A stretch of DNA of 64,000 nucleotides from Williopsis jadinii (lineage: Eukaryota). The notes under the pieces were generated by a model. That model was given only the letters and a program-made list of their open reading frames with translations, had not been told where the DNA came from and searched no databases. The position numbers were made by a program, and so were the translations under genes. How positions within the stretch are numbered: the first letter of the stretch is position 1; every line of letters starts with the position of its first letter. Below, piece by piece: positions 22,075 to 33,469 of the stretch. The stretch is taken from the NCBI GenBank assembly GCA_024346625.1, contig AP024665.1, forward strand, positions 186,001 to 250,000, written 5' to 3'.

Positions 22075-22799
22075 CTCTCCAAAATCATCTTTCTTGTCGG
22101 TTATTCACGTGATAATGGTTTTGAGTTCACCAAACAGTATTCGGAGACCAAGCCTACAGCCTCAATAGCTCCCATTAGAGATGAAAGGAGGCCTAAAACG
22201 TACATAGAGCTGATAAGTGAGCATTCAAATATCAAGATCGTTACCATCGACACAAGTAATCAGAGCTCTATTGAAAAGCCAAATTCTCAATTGGAAGAAG
22301 TTTCACCAGAAGGTATTGACACCATTGTCTTCAATAACGGTATTCATTAGGATTATGTATCTGCGTTAAAGACAAAGCGAGAGAAATGGCTAAGAAATCA
22401 TAAGGTGAACGTAATTGGCCCAACTGAGGCACTGAGGCAAACGTATTGTAATCTGTTTAAGAGAACGACAAGGCACATTGTGTTCAACCCTAGCATTTTA
22501 GGATAAATTGGTGGATATAACGGTTATTCTTCAGCTGCAAACGGTCAATCAAAGGCAGCTTTGAGCTAAACTGCTGTAGAGCTCAGCTATGAGTAGCAAA
22601 AAGGATAATGTCATTGTATTGTATATCAAACCATGAGTGGTTAGAACATACAGAGTTTTGAAATCAATCTCTGCAGAAGATGCTGCAGACTTCCCAACAA
22701 TCTCACAAGAATAATTTGCTACAGCTATCCGCAAGGTCATCTTTGGTCACCGACTCGGGTAAATTCCTGGACTGCGAAGGAAAAGAAACTCCTTGGTAA
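22075..22799 (+). pseudogene. Decayed short-chain dehydrogenase (CsgA/YKL071W-like) pseudogene
   Basis: Reads IFLVGYSRDNGFEF...GIDTIVFNNGIH*DY...NVIGP...RHIVFNPSILG*IG...ANGQSKAALS*TAVELSYE*, then after frameshifts VLYIKP*VVRT and DSGKFLDCEGKETPW*. No ATG at the expected start. Confidence 0.85.
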
Positions 22800-22876
22800 T
22801 TTACAAGAGTACTGATGCTCTATTGATTTTATAGTAAATAAAAGCCCCGTCTTAGCAAGTGATATGTAGTGTGATA

Positions 22877-25447
22877 TTATAGTTCATAATCTTCGTCTTC
22901 ATCTTCAATGTAGTCAATCTCAGCATCTGATTCAGTCTCCAAGTTGTAAAACTCCCACGAATGTTTAGCATCGCCACCACCGGTTATAGTTCTTATAATC
23001 TTGAGCTGTTCCTCTTCAGGTTCGTCTTGGAATTTCTTCTTTTGTCTCTTAACCTCATTGGTATTTGGCGTGTGGCCAATGGACATGCCGACTCTAACCA
23101 GCGTTTCAATGGTCTCTGTAGAGTTTTGAAGTAAATCAGAATCAAATTTGATCGTACCCTTCTGAAATAGTACCAGACATGTTGAACCACCAAATTTAAA
23201 GTAACCCAGTTCTTCACCTCTTTCCACATGGTCCCCTGGTTTAACTGTGAGAACCGTGGATCCAACCATCATAGCACCTACTGCTATGAACATCACTAGT
23301 CCAAAGCTGTCAGTTTCTATAGGTACAACGACACGAATATTCTCTCCATATACATCCAGATGGGATCTAACAGCCATAGGATTCACCGTGTAGTATTCAC
23401 CATCGATGTAAGTTGGTTCCATAATTACACCATCTACAGGACAATGGAATCTGTGGTAATCCTGGGGTGCTAGCCTGAATATGCCAATTGAACACTGCTC
23501 AAATTTGTCGGTATATGCATTTCCCAATAGCTTCCTTATTGAGAAGCATTTCCCCTTTATCCACAGTCTTTGTGCGGATTCCAAGTCTTGAAATGTTGTT
23601 GCACGACAGTCTGCTGGTGAAACAGCCACTCTGGAGTCAGTGGACTCCAAAGGACGTGCATCAGATTTCAACTTCCTGTAAAAGAATTCATTGAACGTCT
23701 TATAATCTGCATCTAAACACTCAGATATATCAAGTTTGTAAAACTTCTTAAAGGGTTCAATGTACTTTACAGATGCTGGTGCATCGAACTTTGCACCTTG
23801 CTTGAAAGATTTGTTTCTCAAAACGTTTTTGATTCGCTTTGTATCAGCACCTGTGCCTTTGTAGAACAGTCTGATACCAAGTCGGATATACAATGCCATT
23901 TTCTCCTCCAAGATGAATCCAGTTACACGATCCTGAACCAGGATATTGGCATTGTTTTTACCCAGGGCATATCTGCCATAAGCCACCTTAATGAGCATCT
24001 TGGAGTACCATCTCTTGGTTGCCAAACCCGTTGTAGCGAACGACTTCAATTTATCACTCTGTGAGCAAATTGCAATATGTGTAACAAAGTCAAATGCACT
24101 GGATTTGAGACATATAGGACAACGTTTTAGACACATGTTCTTCCCCTTGAGAACCTTGACTATTTCTGGTACTGAGAGTGTATTATCGATGTTCTTGTTG
24201 TTTAGGTAAAAGAACTGCGAAGAGTCCTCATCAATCCCAGAAACCACAAGGAACTGTTCCAAGCTGAGGAGATCTAAATTAGGGCCATATTTATCTAGCA
24301 CAACATTCCACATTTCACGTTTCAACTGCGAGTATGGCTTGAACTCAAGGGTGAGCTTCAAATGAGGCCTGTAACCATCCATTTTTCTATGCATTGTAAG
24401 TTCCAGGTTGAACTCTTTCTTCTTACCATCTATGAACTCGCCAACCGGTATGGATCCCATGGCGACTTTGTCGTGGAATGATATATGGTCTTTATCCATC
24501 ACGGTGAAGACGATATCGAAATTTGTTTCATTAGAAATCACTTCAAACACCAATTTCTGGTTGAACACCGGGTTTAGAGTATGCTTTCTCCATGATGTTC
24601 TAAAGGTCTTTTTGCCAAACGATATAACGACGAAGGGATCCATATCGAAGCTTTTATTCATGAATCCTTTGAAAGGAGGAAGCCCCTCAGCTTCCTCGAT
24701 ATTCAGCGTAATGACACCAATCACCGTATTTGGATGTACCACTTTTCTGCTTTCAGTATCTGGTATATGGTCCGAGAGTTCTGACATTTCAGAACCGTCG
24801 GTGTTGTCTACTGAGTGGAGATACGTTGGCACAGTCAGATTAGTCATTGAAGAAAACTTCTTCGCTAAACCATGACTATCAGCTTTGAGCAGTTCCTCAT
24901 CTTCCTCGTCCGATGCTAAGGAATCCACATCGGTCTCAGTATCAGGGTAATACCACTGCTCATCCAGCTTGATCTTATGGTGTTGAGCCAGCAACCCCCA
25001 CGAGTGAAACGCCTCTTTAACATCTCCCTTCGAGACTAGCTCAAAGCCAACCTTTATAGAGCCTGTCACGAACTTATTCTGAGACTTGGACGAGTGCAAT
25101 CTGTACCAGACAGCCTCAACTCTTGGTGAATCCTTGAAGAGTTCAATCACGGAGAACCGTATCTCACCTAGATATAGAGAGTACTTTCTATGTCTATCGA
25201 AAACAGCAAGGTGTATGACATCGCTGTTATCGTTCGGAGAAAGCGAGAGCTTCACAGTGGAGTTCCAAACAGGGCCCACTGTTCTCTTCACTTTCCTTGT
25301 CCGTCTTCTCTGTCTGTTGAACGCACATTGGGCCACCATGATACAGCCCGAGGCATTCGCCATATCAACCAAGTCCTTTGCAGCAACAATATTGACACGG
25401 ATCTCCAATTGCTTCCGTGGTCTCAGCGTGTGTCTCCTGAGTCCCAT
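22877..25447 (-). CDS. PSD2: Phosphatidylserine decarboxylase 2 with two C2 domains
   Basis: C2 motifs (FDMDPFVVISFGKKTFRTSWRKHTLNPVFN), FNEFFYRKLK, FRLAPQDYHRFH and autocleavage YFKFGGST. Confidence 0.95.
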   Translation of the reverse strand: MGLRRHTLRPRKQLEIRVNIVAAKDLVDMANASGCIMVAQCAFNRQRRRTRKVKRTVGPVWNSTVKLSLSPNDNSDVIHLAVFDRHRKYSLYLGEIRFSVIELFKDSPRVEAVWYRLHSSKSQNKFVTGSIKVGFELVSKGDVKEAFHSWGLLAQHHKIKLDEQWYYPDTETDVDSLASDEEDEELLKADSHGLAKKFSSMTNLTVPTYLHSVDNTDGSEMSELSDHIPDTESRKVVHPNTVIGVITLNIEEAEGLPPFKGFMNKSFDMDPFVVISFGKKTFRTSWRKHTLNPVFNQKLVFEVISNETNFDIVFTVMDKDHISFHDKVAMGSIPVGEFIDGKKKEFNLELTMHRKMDGYRPHLKLTLEFKPYSQLKREMWNVVLDKYGPNLDLLSLEQFLVVSGIDEDSSQFFYLNNKNIDNTLSVPEIVKVLKGKNMCLKRCPICLKSSAFDFVTHIAICSQSDKLKSFATTGLATKRWYSKMLIKVAYGRYALGKNNANILVQDRVTGFILEEKMALYIRLGIRLFYKGTGADTKRIKNVLRNKSFKQGAKFDAPASVKYIEPFKKFYKLDISECLDADYKTFNEFFYRKLKSDARPLESTDSRVAVSPADCRATTFQDLESAQRLWIKGKCFSIRKLLGNAYTDKFEQCSIGIFRLAPQDYHRFHCPVDGVIMEPTYIDGEYYTVNPMAVRSHLDVYGENIRVVVPIETDSFGLVMFIAVGAMMVGSTVLTVKPGDHVERGEELGYFKFGGSTCLVLFQKGTIKFDSDLLQNSTETIETLVRVGMSIGHTPNTNEVKRQKKKFQDEPEEEQLKIIRTITGGGDAKHSWEFYNLETESDAEIDYIEDEDEDYEL

Positions 25448-25996
25448 CTTGTGTTTTTACACCAACGCTGGGGACACCTGGACCTACTTTGCTAGCCCAA
25501 CTGTATGGGCACCTTCAACAACGACTAGGGGAAGAGTATGGGACTATTAGGCAGAGAATGGCAGAAAACGACGGTGTATAGTCTCAATAATCAGCAAGAT
25601 ACTAAGAAACACCCTTAAAAGCTCAATGATGCAATGTGTAGAAGTTCGCTATAGAATCACACACTTTTAAACTCAACCAATTGATATCAACCAGGGAGTC
25701 AGAACAAAGAGAAATGCTATTTTTATCTAGTAAAGGAACGCTTCATCATCACACTCCAGACAAAAGCCTAGTCTCACGCTGTAGTGTTAACACCGCCTTC
25801 TGGTATGCGCAACATAATGGCTTTCATTTTAGTTTTTTCCGATTTTTTTCCGATTCCCGACAGTCGCCTCGGAATTTGGTGTTTTTGGCTGGGGGGTGGA
25901 GGGCCTTCGAGCATCGGAGGACAACGCTTTGAGTTCAGGACTTCCAGTTTCAGTCCTCTGTTGATTGTAAGAGGGAAATCTAAGATAAGCGGCACA

Positions 25997-27661
25997 ATGA
26001 TCGACGAGTTTCTCATCTTCAACTTGAAAGGTGAAGTGCTGTTCAAGCACTCTCCGCATAGGCTTGCCGAATCTGTGGTCAATACCTTTATCGATGAGGT
26101 GTTCGTCAGTAGCACTGCATCGATATCGACTGTTGACGGTGTCCAGAGTTGTAATGTTGTTGATAAGTACGTGGCCAGATTCGACCAGACACATAACCCT
26201 GATCTGATAGCGGTTTGTTTCTATAACAAGAACGTTCCAGCGCCATACGCTGGATCGCTTGTCCAAATTTCTCTCACCTTGTTCAAACAACTGTTGGGCG
26301 ATGACATCTTGCAGAACCTGGAGAGACAAGTGGGCGTGTTGGATGGAATGGACAAACAACTCGAGAAATTTGAACAGTACTATACGGTGAAGCTGGATGA
26401 GCTACAGCAAGAGAGTAACCAAGATCCCGGTGCATCGTCTCAGACATCACTACCTTTACTGGACTCATCCAAATCGCTGCAAAAGAATAAGAAGAAGAAA
26501 GAGATCAAGAAGAAGCTGCGTAAGTGGGGTGCCGATGGTCAAGTTGATGAATCTGGAGATGCTGAGGATCTGGACTATTCCCAGCAGGATGCGGAGTCGA
26601 ATTCACGCACCACGGTCACTGAAATCAACTCTGAGTCATTTGGTGATAGGGATGCGACTGGAAGGTTTGTTGTTAAGGATTTGAATGAGGAGATTGATGA
26701 ACTACTGGCAAAGTCGAAGGAAAGTGCCCAGGTTAAAGAACCGTTTGCATTCTTGAAAAAAATCACAGGTGGTAAGACCATTACTGCAGAGGATATCAAA
26801 TCTACAACTGAGGAATTACAAAAGCATCTTGTGAAGAAGAACGTTGCTCCAGAGATTGCTCAACAATTAACCTCAAACGTTGAAAAAGCGCTTGTTGGTT
26901 CCAAGACTAAGAACTGGACCACTGTTACTTCAACTGCAAAGGCTGCCTTGACGAAAGAACTTACAAAGATCTTGACACCTGGAACCTCTATAAACTTGCT
27001 GGAAGATATCAAGAAGAATCCGAAGCCATATGTTATCTCTGTTGTTGGTGTTAACGGTGTTGGTAAATCTACAAATTTATCCAAGCTAGCATTTTGGCTC
27101 TTACAAAACGACTTCAAAGTGTTAATCACAGCTTGTGACACCTTTAGATCAGGTGCAGTGGAGCAACTTAGGGTCCACGTTAACAACTTGAAAACCGCAA
27201 GTGATAAGAAAGACCGTGTTGAACTTTTTGAAGGTGGATATGGAGGCTCTGATCTCGTGGCAAAGATCGCCAAGAATGCCATTGACTATGCGAAGAAGCA
27301 CCAATTCGACATTGTGTTGATGGACACTGCTGGAAGAAGACATAACGATGCACAATTAATGGCACCATTGGCATCATTTGCCAAAGCTGCAAATCCTAAT
27401 AAGATCATCATGGTTGGTGAGGCTCTCGTTGGTACGGATTCTGTTCAACAGGCAAAGAACTTCAACTCTGCGTTCGGTGCAGGCCGGAACCTGGACTTCT
27501 TCATCATCTCGAAATGTGACACCGTTGGTGATCTAATCGGCACGATGGTCAACATGGTTGCAGCAACAGGTATCCCGATCCTGTTCGTTGGTGTGGGTCA
27601 AACCTACACGGATCTGCGTACACTGAGTGTTGAGTGGGCAGTTAATACTTTAATGAGTTAG
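25997..27661 (+). CDS. SRP101: Signal recognition particle receptor alpha subunit
   Basis: Longin N-terminus MIDEFLIFNLKGEVLF; GTPase motifs GVNGVGKSTNLSK, DTFRSGA, DTAGR and SKCD. ATG at 25997. Confidence 0.95.
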   Translation: MIDEFLIFNLKGEVLFKHSPHRLAESVVNTFIDEVFVSSTASISTVDGVQSCNVVDKYVARFDQTHNPDLIAVCFYNKNVPAPYAGSLVQISLTLFKQLLGDDILQNLERQVGVLDGMDKQLEKFEQYYTVKLDELQQESNQDPGASSQTSLPLLDSSKSLQKNKKKKEIKKKLRKWGADGQVDESGDAEDLDYSQQDAESNSRTTVTEINSESFGDRDATGRFVVKDLNEEIDELLAKSKESAQVKEPFAFLKKITGGKTITAEDIKSTTEELQKHLVKKNVAPEIAQQLTSNVEKALVGSKTKNWTTVTSTAKAALTKELTKILTPGTSINLLEDIKKNPKPYVISVVGVNGVGKSTNLSKLAFWLLQNDFKVLITACDTFRSGAVEQLRVHVNNLKTASDKKDRVELFEGGYGGSDLVAKIAKNAIDYAKKHQFDIVLMDTAGRRHNDAQLMAPLASFAKAANPNKIIMVGEALVGTDSVQQAKNFNSAFGAGRNLDFFIISKCDTVGDLIGTMVNMVAATGIPILFVGVGQTYTDLRTLSVEWAVNTLMS

Positions 27662-28174
27662 AGGCTAATAGTATCCATGTTGAAACCGTTGTTGTAGCAA
27701 CTAAGGCTCTTGTGTGTCTTTTTCCTTGGTTTTGCGTAAATTGGCGTGCTATTGTCCTAAAAAGGGAACAAACACTGGAGCGAACGTTACGCGGTGAGGC
27801 ACTAGTAAACATGAGACGGAGGATTCACGCCAGTTTACGCCCAAAGTTTACGCCAATTCGCGAAATGCCAAAAAGCACCAACAACGGCGAAAACGAACTA
27901 AACGGGAAATCAACTTTTTGTAAATTTGACACGGTCCAAGCGATTTTGAAACCGGTAGGAGTTGGAGAAGCAAAAACAGAGCACAAAACAAAACAAAACA
28001 TAAGCAAATTTGGGCTCCGATCAACAGCACTGAATTCATTAAACATTGCTGTGAAACGAGACGAATTTGGTATCAAGAGGCTGCTGTTATTCCGGAAGGT
28101 TGTGTTGATCCAGCCAAACAGCTTTCACTAAACAGGAGAGGACGAAAAACCAGGGAAACGACAAGGGTTCAAAT

Positions 28175-31100
28175 ATGGGTCGTCGGTCTTCAGCGTTTAG
28201 CGATGAAGATGACGTTGTTGTTCGGTCGAAGCGGAAGAGACAGAAAGTGAATTACGCGGCGGTGGAGAACAACTATGATGATTTGGATGATGACCTCGAT
28301 GAACAGGAATTTCAAGAGGAGTCAGCGGCGCCAGCGGAGGAGCCAGAGGAGACTGCGCTGGATGAGGACGATGCATTGATTCCAACGCAGGAACCAGTGT
28401 CAGCAGAAGAGGCTCCCTCACAGCGGTCAAGTAAAAGTCACAAGAAGAAATATGACGATGACGATGAAAGCTTTAACGAGGATGAGGAGGAGGACAGCGA
28501 AGAACAACTTGACGATGAATCTGACGAGTACGCTTCCGATTTTGCTAAAGAGGAGCGTCGTAGACAAGAGAGACAGTTCATCTCCAGAGATGATGACGAT
28601 GAAATAGATGACGATGAAGAGAATGACTACGTTCCTGGAAGATCACATAGAAAGACGAAAAGACCGCGTGGAAGGCCAAGAGGCTCAGGAGGAAGAAGTG
28701 TCAAACGCAACAAGAGAGGGAGACCTCGTTTGACCAGGTCCAGCGACTATGACTTACAAGATGAAGCGTTCAACGGAGATGAGGGACACGAAAATGCGGA
28801 TAACACATTGGAACAAGAAATTGCGGACCTGAAGGATTCTGATGTTGAGTTAACACCACAACCGAGATCTTTACGTCAACGTACCAAAGAGGTGAACTAT
28901 CAAATACCTCCCCCACTGACTGAAAACTTGGAAGGATTACCAGAGATTGTACAGCAGCCATCTCCGTCTCGTCGTAGAGGCAATAATGGTGCCATGTCAA
29001 TCCGGAGATTGTTTCCTACTGGCGGGCCCTTCGGCGGTGGTGATGTTACATCGATATTTGGTAAGAATTATGGTGGGTTGAGTAACACTCCAGGTAATCT
29101 GCTTGCTGGTGGTGCAGATTCTGATTCATCAGATGATGAAATTGTTCCCGTCAATGGTGCCCATAAACCCTCAATAGTCACTGCTACCCCCATTGGAAAG
29201 CCAAAGAAAAAGGACATTGCAGATACAGATCCACTGGGTGTTGACATGAATGTGGACTTTTCAAGTATTGGTGGATTGGATAACTACATCAACCAATTGA
29301 AAGAGATGGTGGCACTGCCATTATTATACCCTGAAGTGTATCAAAGATTTGGAATCACACCTCCAAGAGGTGTCCTTTTCCATGGTCCTCCTGGTACAGG
29401 TAAGACGTTGATGGCTCGTGCTCTTGCAGCTTCCTGCTCTACTCAGGGCAAAAAGATCACGTTCTTCATGCGTAAAGGTGCTGATTGTCTATCCAAATGG
29501 GTGGGTGAAGCTGAAAGGCAATTGAGATTGTTATTTGAAGAGGCAAAGAAACAACAACCATCTATTATCTTTTTTGATGAGATTGATGGTTTGGCACCTG
29601 TGAGATCATCGAAACAAGAACAAATCCATGCAAGTATTGTGTCAACATTGCTTGCCTTGATGGATGGTATGGATAATAGAGGCCAAGTCATTGTTATCGG
29701 TGCTACAAATAGACCTGATGCCGTTGATCCAGCATTACGTCGTCCTGGTAGATTTGATCGCGAGTTTTACTTCCCTCTACCCGATATCAAAGCTCGTGAA
29801 GAGATATTGCAAATCCATACAAAGAAATGGGACCCTCCTTTACCTACAAAGTTTGTTGAAAAAGTCGCACAACTGACTAAGGGTTACGGTGGTGCAGATC
29901 TAAGGGCCCTTTGTACCGAAGCAGCATTGAACAGTATTCAAAGACGCTATCCTCAAATTTACCAGAGTAATGATAAGCTCAAAATTGATCCTTCATCTAT
30001 CCATGTGGCAGCAAAGGATTTCATGAAAGCCTTGGATAAAATTATTCCATCATCAGCTCGTTCCACCGCATCGGGAAGCGCTCCTCTTCCTGAGCATTTG
30101 ACATCGCTATTGGAAGAGTCCCTCGAGGGAATCACTGCAAAGTTGGATAAGCTGGTTCCACGCATGAAAAAACTTACAGCTCTAGAAGAGGCACAACTTG
30201 TTGACCCTACAGAGAACGATGAGGATGGTGGGTTTGCCAAAATGGAGTTGGTAAAAAGGCTTGAAGCAAGTCGTGTCCATAGACCGAGATTATTAATTAC
30301 TGGTGAAGCTGGAAATGGTCAACAATATTTGGGTGCAGCGGTCCTGAACCATCTGGAAGGTTTCAACGTGCAATCTTTGGACTTGGGATCACTATTTATT
30401 GATTCCACGCGCACAACAGAAAATGCAATTATCCAGAGCTTTGTGGAAGCCAAGCGTCACAAGCCGTCTATTATATTCATACCAAACATTGATATATGGT
30501 ACCACACAGTTCCTGAGTCTGCAAAGTCTACTTTATCGGGGCTTTTGAGATCAGTATCATCCAACGAGAGAATTTTGTTATTGGGTGTCTCAGATACGCC
30601 TTATGAAGAGCTAGATAATGGTCTCAAAGTTTTATTTGGTGTGAGCGATGCAAATTTCGTCAAACTGTCTTCACCAGATGAGACACAGAGATTGAACTTC
30701 TTCGAGACGTTTATCAGTGCAATCGCAATGAAACCTAACGAGTTTTTGGATTCACGTCAGAAGAAACCATTAGAGGTGTTAGAGAAGATTGAGCTGGCCC
30801 AGGATCCTGAAGCTGAAGAGGAAAACTTAAAGGCGTTTGAGAAACACGACATGAAGTTAAAAAACACTTTGAAGATCAAACTTTCCGGTTTAATGGATCT
30901 TTTCAAGAATCGTTATAGAAAGTTTAAGAAACCACCGATTGATGATTTCCACTTGATTCATTTGTTTGAAGATGCACCAGCAATTGTTACCTCAGTTCCA
31001 CCTCTGTATACAAAAGAAGGTGATATGATTGTTGAAGTTTCGACGGGTCGTAAATTCTTTAACATGGACTTGGATATTATTGAAGAGAGATTATGGAACG

Positions 31101-31915
31101 GTTTCTATTCGGAGCCCAAACAATTTTTGAAAGACATTGAAATGATTTATCTGGATTCTGTTACTTTGAACGATAGAGAGAGACTCATCAAGGCGAGTGA
31201 AATGTATGCTAATGCGCAAGTTGGTGTGGAGGAAATCTCACTCCCAGAATTTGTTGAGCAATGCAAGGCATTGAGAAAACGTGAGCTCAAACGTATCAAA
31301 GAGCACGAGAAAAAGGTCATGGCGGAGAGAGCCTTAGTACCGATTGCTGAAGTTGTTGAAGATTCTGAAACTAACAAAGATGTTGAATTTACCGATATTT
31401 CCAAATCAGAGGAGGAACATGGGGAAGTTGTTGATCAAAATAAGAACAGCCCAGGTGAGGAGATCCTAGAGACCAAGGGAGATAATAATGAATCGCCTGC
31501 TAGAGTATCTTTGACGGACAAAGACCATTTTGATTCAATTGAAAAGGTTGATGAACCTGTGACACCTGAACCTGCTCTTGAACCTGTTGGCTCTGCGGAG
31601 CCAACTTCTAGAGAGCAACAACCACATCGTGTTCTAATCAGCCAACTTGTTGAACCGTCAAAGGAAATTCCACTGGCAGTTGCATTGCCTATCACCGAAC
31701 CCGATGTTCCATTTGTAATTGATACCGCACGCTTGAAACGCTTAGAATCCAGATTGGTCACCATCACAGAAGGCTGTACCGTTGAACTGTTAGAACAGAT
31801 AAATGCCCAGCTGATGGATATCGTCTGGGAACGTCGTGGTGAATGGGATCGCACATCTATGTTGGACGCAATCGAGCAAGCGATAAACGTTATAGGTGAA
31901 GAGTTTAACAAATGA
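28175..31915 (+). CDS. YTA7: AAA+ ATPase/bromodomain chromatin protein (ATAD2 family)
   Basis: Acidic N-terminus, GVLFHGPPGTGKT, FFMRKGADCLSKWVGEAERQL, FFDEIDG, RRPGRFDREFYF and bromo-like NMDLDIIEERLWNGFY. Confidence 0.95.
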   Translation: MGRRSSAFSDEDDVVVRSKRKRQKVNYAAVENNYDDLDDDLDEQEFQEESAAPAEEPEETALDEDDALIPTQEPVSAEEAPSQRSSKSHKKKYDDDDESFNEDEEEDSEEQLDDESDEYASDFAKEERRRQERQFISRDDDDEIDDDEENDYVPGRSHRKTKRPRGRPRGSGGRSVKRNKRGRPRLTRSSDYDLQDEAFNGDEGHENADNTLEQEIADLKDSDVELTPQPRSLRQRTKEVNYQIPPPLTENLEGLPEIVQQPSPSRRRGNNGAMSIRRLFPTGGPFGGGDVTSIFGKNYGGLSNTPGNLLAGGADSDSSDDEIVPVNGAHKPSIVTATPIGKPKKKDIADTDPLGVDMNVDFSSIGGLDNYINQLKEMVALPLLYPEVYQRFGITPPRGVLFHGPPGTGKTLMARALAASCSTQGKKITFFMRKGADCLSKWVGEAERQLRLLFEEAKKQQPSIIFFDEIDGLAPVRSSKQEQIHASIVSTLLALMDGMDNRGQVIVIGATNRPDAVDPALRRPGRFDREFYFPLPDIKAREEILQIHTKKWDPPLPTKFVEKVAQLTKGYGGADLRALCTEAALNSIQRRYPQIYQSNDKLKIDPSSIHVAAKDFMKALDKIIPSSARSTASGSAPLPEHLTSLLEESLEGITAKLDKLVPRMKKLTALEEAQLVDPTENDEDGGFAKMELVKRLEASRVHRPRLLITGEAGNGQQYLGAAVLNHLEGFNVQSLDLGSLFIDSTRTTENAIIQSFVEAKRHKPSIIFIPNIDIWYHTVPESAKSTLSGLLRSVSSNERILLLGVSDTPYEELDNGLKVLFGVSDANFVKLSSPDETQRLNFFETFISAIAMKPNEFLDSRQKKPLEVLEKIELAQDPEAEEENLKAFEKHDMKLKNTLKIKLSGLMDLFKNRYRKFKKPPIDDFHLIHLFEDAPAIVTSVPPLYTKEGDMIVEVSTGRKFFNMDLDIIEERLWNGFYSEPKQFLKDIEMIYLDSVTLNDRERLIKASEMYANAQVGVEEISLPEFVEQCKALRKRELKRIKEHEKKVMAERALVPIAEVVEDSETNKDVEFTDISKSEEEHGEVVDQNKNSPGEEILETKGDNNESPARVSLTDKDHFDSIEKVDEPVTPEPALEPVGSAEPTSREQQPHRVLISQLVEPSKEIPLAVALPITEPDVPFVIDTARLKRLESRLVTITEGCTVELLEQINAQLMDIVWERRGEWDRTSMLDAIEQAINVIGEEFNK

Positions 31916-31987
31916 TATCTATGTATAATGAATGTCTATAATCTTCTCGACAGGTTGCAAACAAGCAAAATAAAATAAACGGGCGAA

Positions 31988-33307
31988 TTATGTGTTCAAG
32001 GACATGGTTTCTTGTGTTATTCTCAACAAGTTGTAATCATCACCGCATTGACCCATAAGCTGTAGACCAATTTTGGCACCTTCAACTTCCCAAGGGAATG
32101 ATATTGCAGGGATACCAGCTAAAGAAGCTGGGATCGTGAGTACATCCTGTGTGTAACCATGAGTTGATGACTGTGCATCATAGTCTTCAATAGTTGGTGC
32201 CTGACCTACAGTGGTTGGAGTCAGTAAGAAATCAACTCCATTGGCATTAGGGTCTGAGCCTGTAACATAGTTTGGTTGGTTGAACACCTCGTCAAACTGT
32301 TGTTTCAAAGCACGACGTAGCAGTTTGGCCTTCAAGAAATGGTTCTTATAAGAATCTGAACTCAGGTTATAGTTTCCCAAGATTATTCTTCTCTTCACCT
32401 CCTCACCAAATCCTTCAGATCTGGTCTTTGCGTAGTAATCCTTATCGCTATCAGATCTTGTACCATAACGAATACCGTCATAACGACCCAAGTTGGACGA
32501 GGCCTCGGCAGGTGCCAGTGTGAAGTACATAGCCAGTGTCTTCTTAATGAGTGGTACACTCACTGGCACGATTTCATGGTCCTGTGATAGGGCTTCAAGG
32601 CATTGTTGCCATGCCTTTGAAACTTTGGGGTCGAATCCCAGCACGTACTCCTCTGGCACACCAATTCTAAGCTTCTTATTGTTACCATGCTTAGAGTCGA
32701 ACCGAGATCTTAGCTCCACGCCCAGAGAGGTTGGGTCCTTAGGATCATGCTTGTCTAACTTGGTAAACACCTTTTCGATGATATCAACGTCCTTACCAAG
32801 AATACCCACGGTATCCAAAGACTGTGCATACGCAACAACACCCCATCTTGAAATCCTTCCATATGTTGGCTTAAACCCCAGTATACCGGTATAACTGGCC
32901 GGCTGTCTAACAGAGCCACCTGTATCGGTACCCAGTGCCACAGGGACAATGCCAGCAGCAACAGCAGCAGCAGAGCCTCCAGAGGAGCCTCCACAGATTC
33001 TTCTCTCGTTAGGGTACATTGGGTTCAGAGTAGGCCCGTAATGGCTGAACGTTGTTGACGCACCCATCCCGAATTCATCCATGTTGGTCTTCCCAACAAC
33101 TGTGAACTCATCCTCCAAGAGATCTATCACAGTGGCCTGGAACGGCGAAATGTAGTTGCTCAGAGCGTAAGAAGAGCATGTAGTAGGGAGAAGCTTTGTT
33201 GCAATGTTGTCCTTTATCGCAATTGGCGTCAGAGACTGCGAGATTTCACTGGCCAACGACGTGAAGATGTTGAGCCTTGCTAATGAGCGGGCCTTTTCAA
33301 GAGCCAT
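31988..33307 (-). CDS. HER2: Mitochondrial Glu-tRNA(Gln) amidotransferase subunit A
   Basis: Amidase signature IKDNI, GKTNMDEFGMG, GGSSGGSAAAVA, LGTDTGGSVRQPA and EASSNLGRYDGIRYG. Likely ATG at 33307. Confidence 0.92.
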   Translation of the reverse strand: MALEKARSLARLNIFTSLASEISQSLTPIAIKDNIATKLLPTTCSSYALSNYISPFQATVIDLLEDEFTVVGKTNMDEFGMGASTTFSHYGPTLNPMYPNERRICGGSSGGSAAAVAAGIVPVALGTDTGGSVRQPASYTGILGFKPTYGRISRWGVVAYAQSLDTVGILGKDVDIIEKVFTKLDKHDPKDPTSLGVELRSRFDSKHGNNKKLRIGVPEEYVLGFDPKVSKAWQQCLEALSQDHEIVPVSVPLIKKTLAMYFTLAPAEASSNLGRYDGIRYGTRSDSDKDYYAKTRSEGFGEEVKRRIILGNYNLSSDSYKNHFLKAKLLRRALKQQFDEVFNQPNYVTGSDPNANGVDFLLTPTTVGQAPTIEDYDAQSSTHGYTQDVLTIPASLAGIPAISFPWEVEGAKIGLQLMGQCGDDYNLLRITQETMSLNT

Positions 33308-33469
33308 TTTACAATAATTAGTGCGTGTAAGAGTTATGGCCTGTTCTAGCGCTACTGTTGTTGATGGGAAGAGTAGTGAGAGTACCATAGTGTTTTTTTT
33401 GGCCACTCGCTCTCGCGCTACCAGCACAACAAAGACCGTTCTAATGGAGCAGGGACACCGAGGACAATT

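Noticed and set aside
16178..22799. Permease, AKR, lipase and SDR pseudogene as a metabolic gene cluster
   Set aside because: No shared pathway, backbone enzyme or regulator is evident; looks like unrelated accessory genes.
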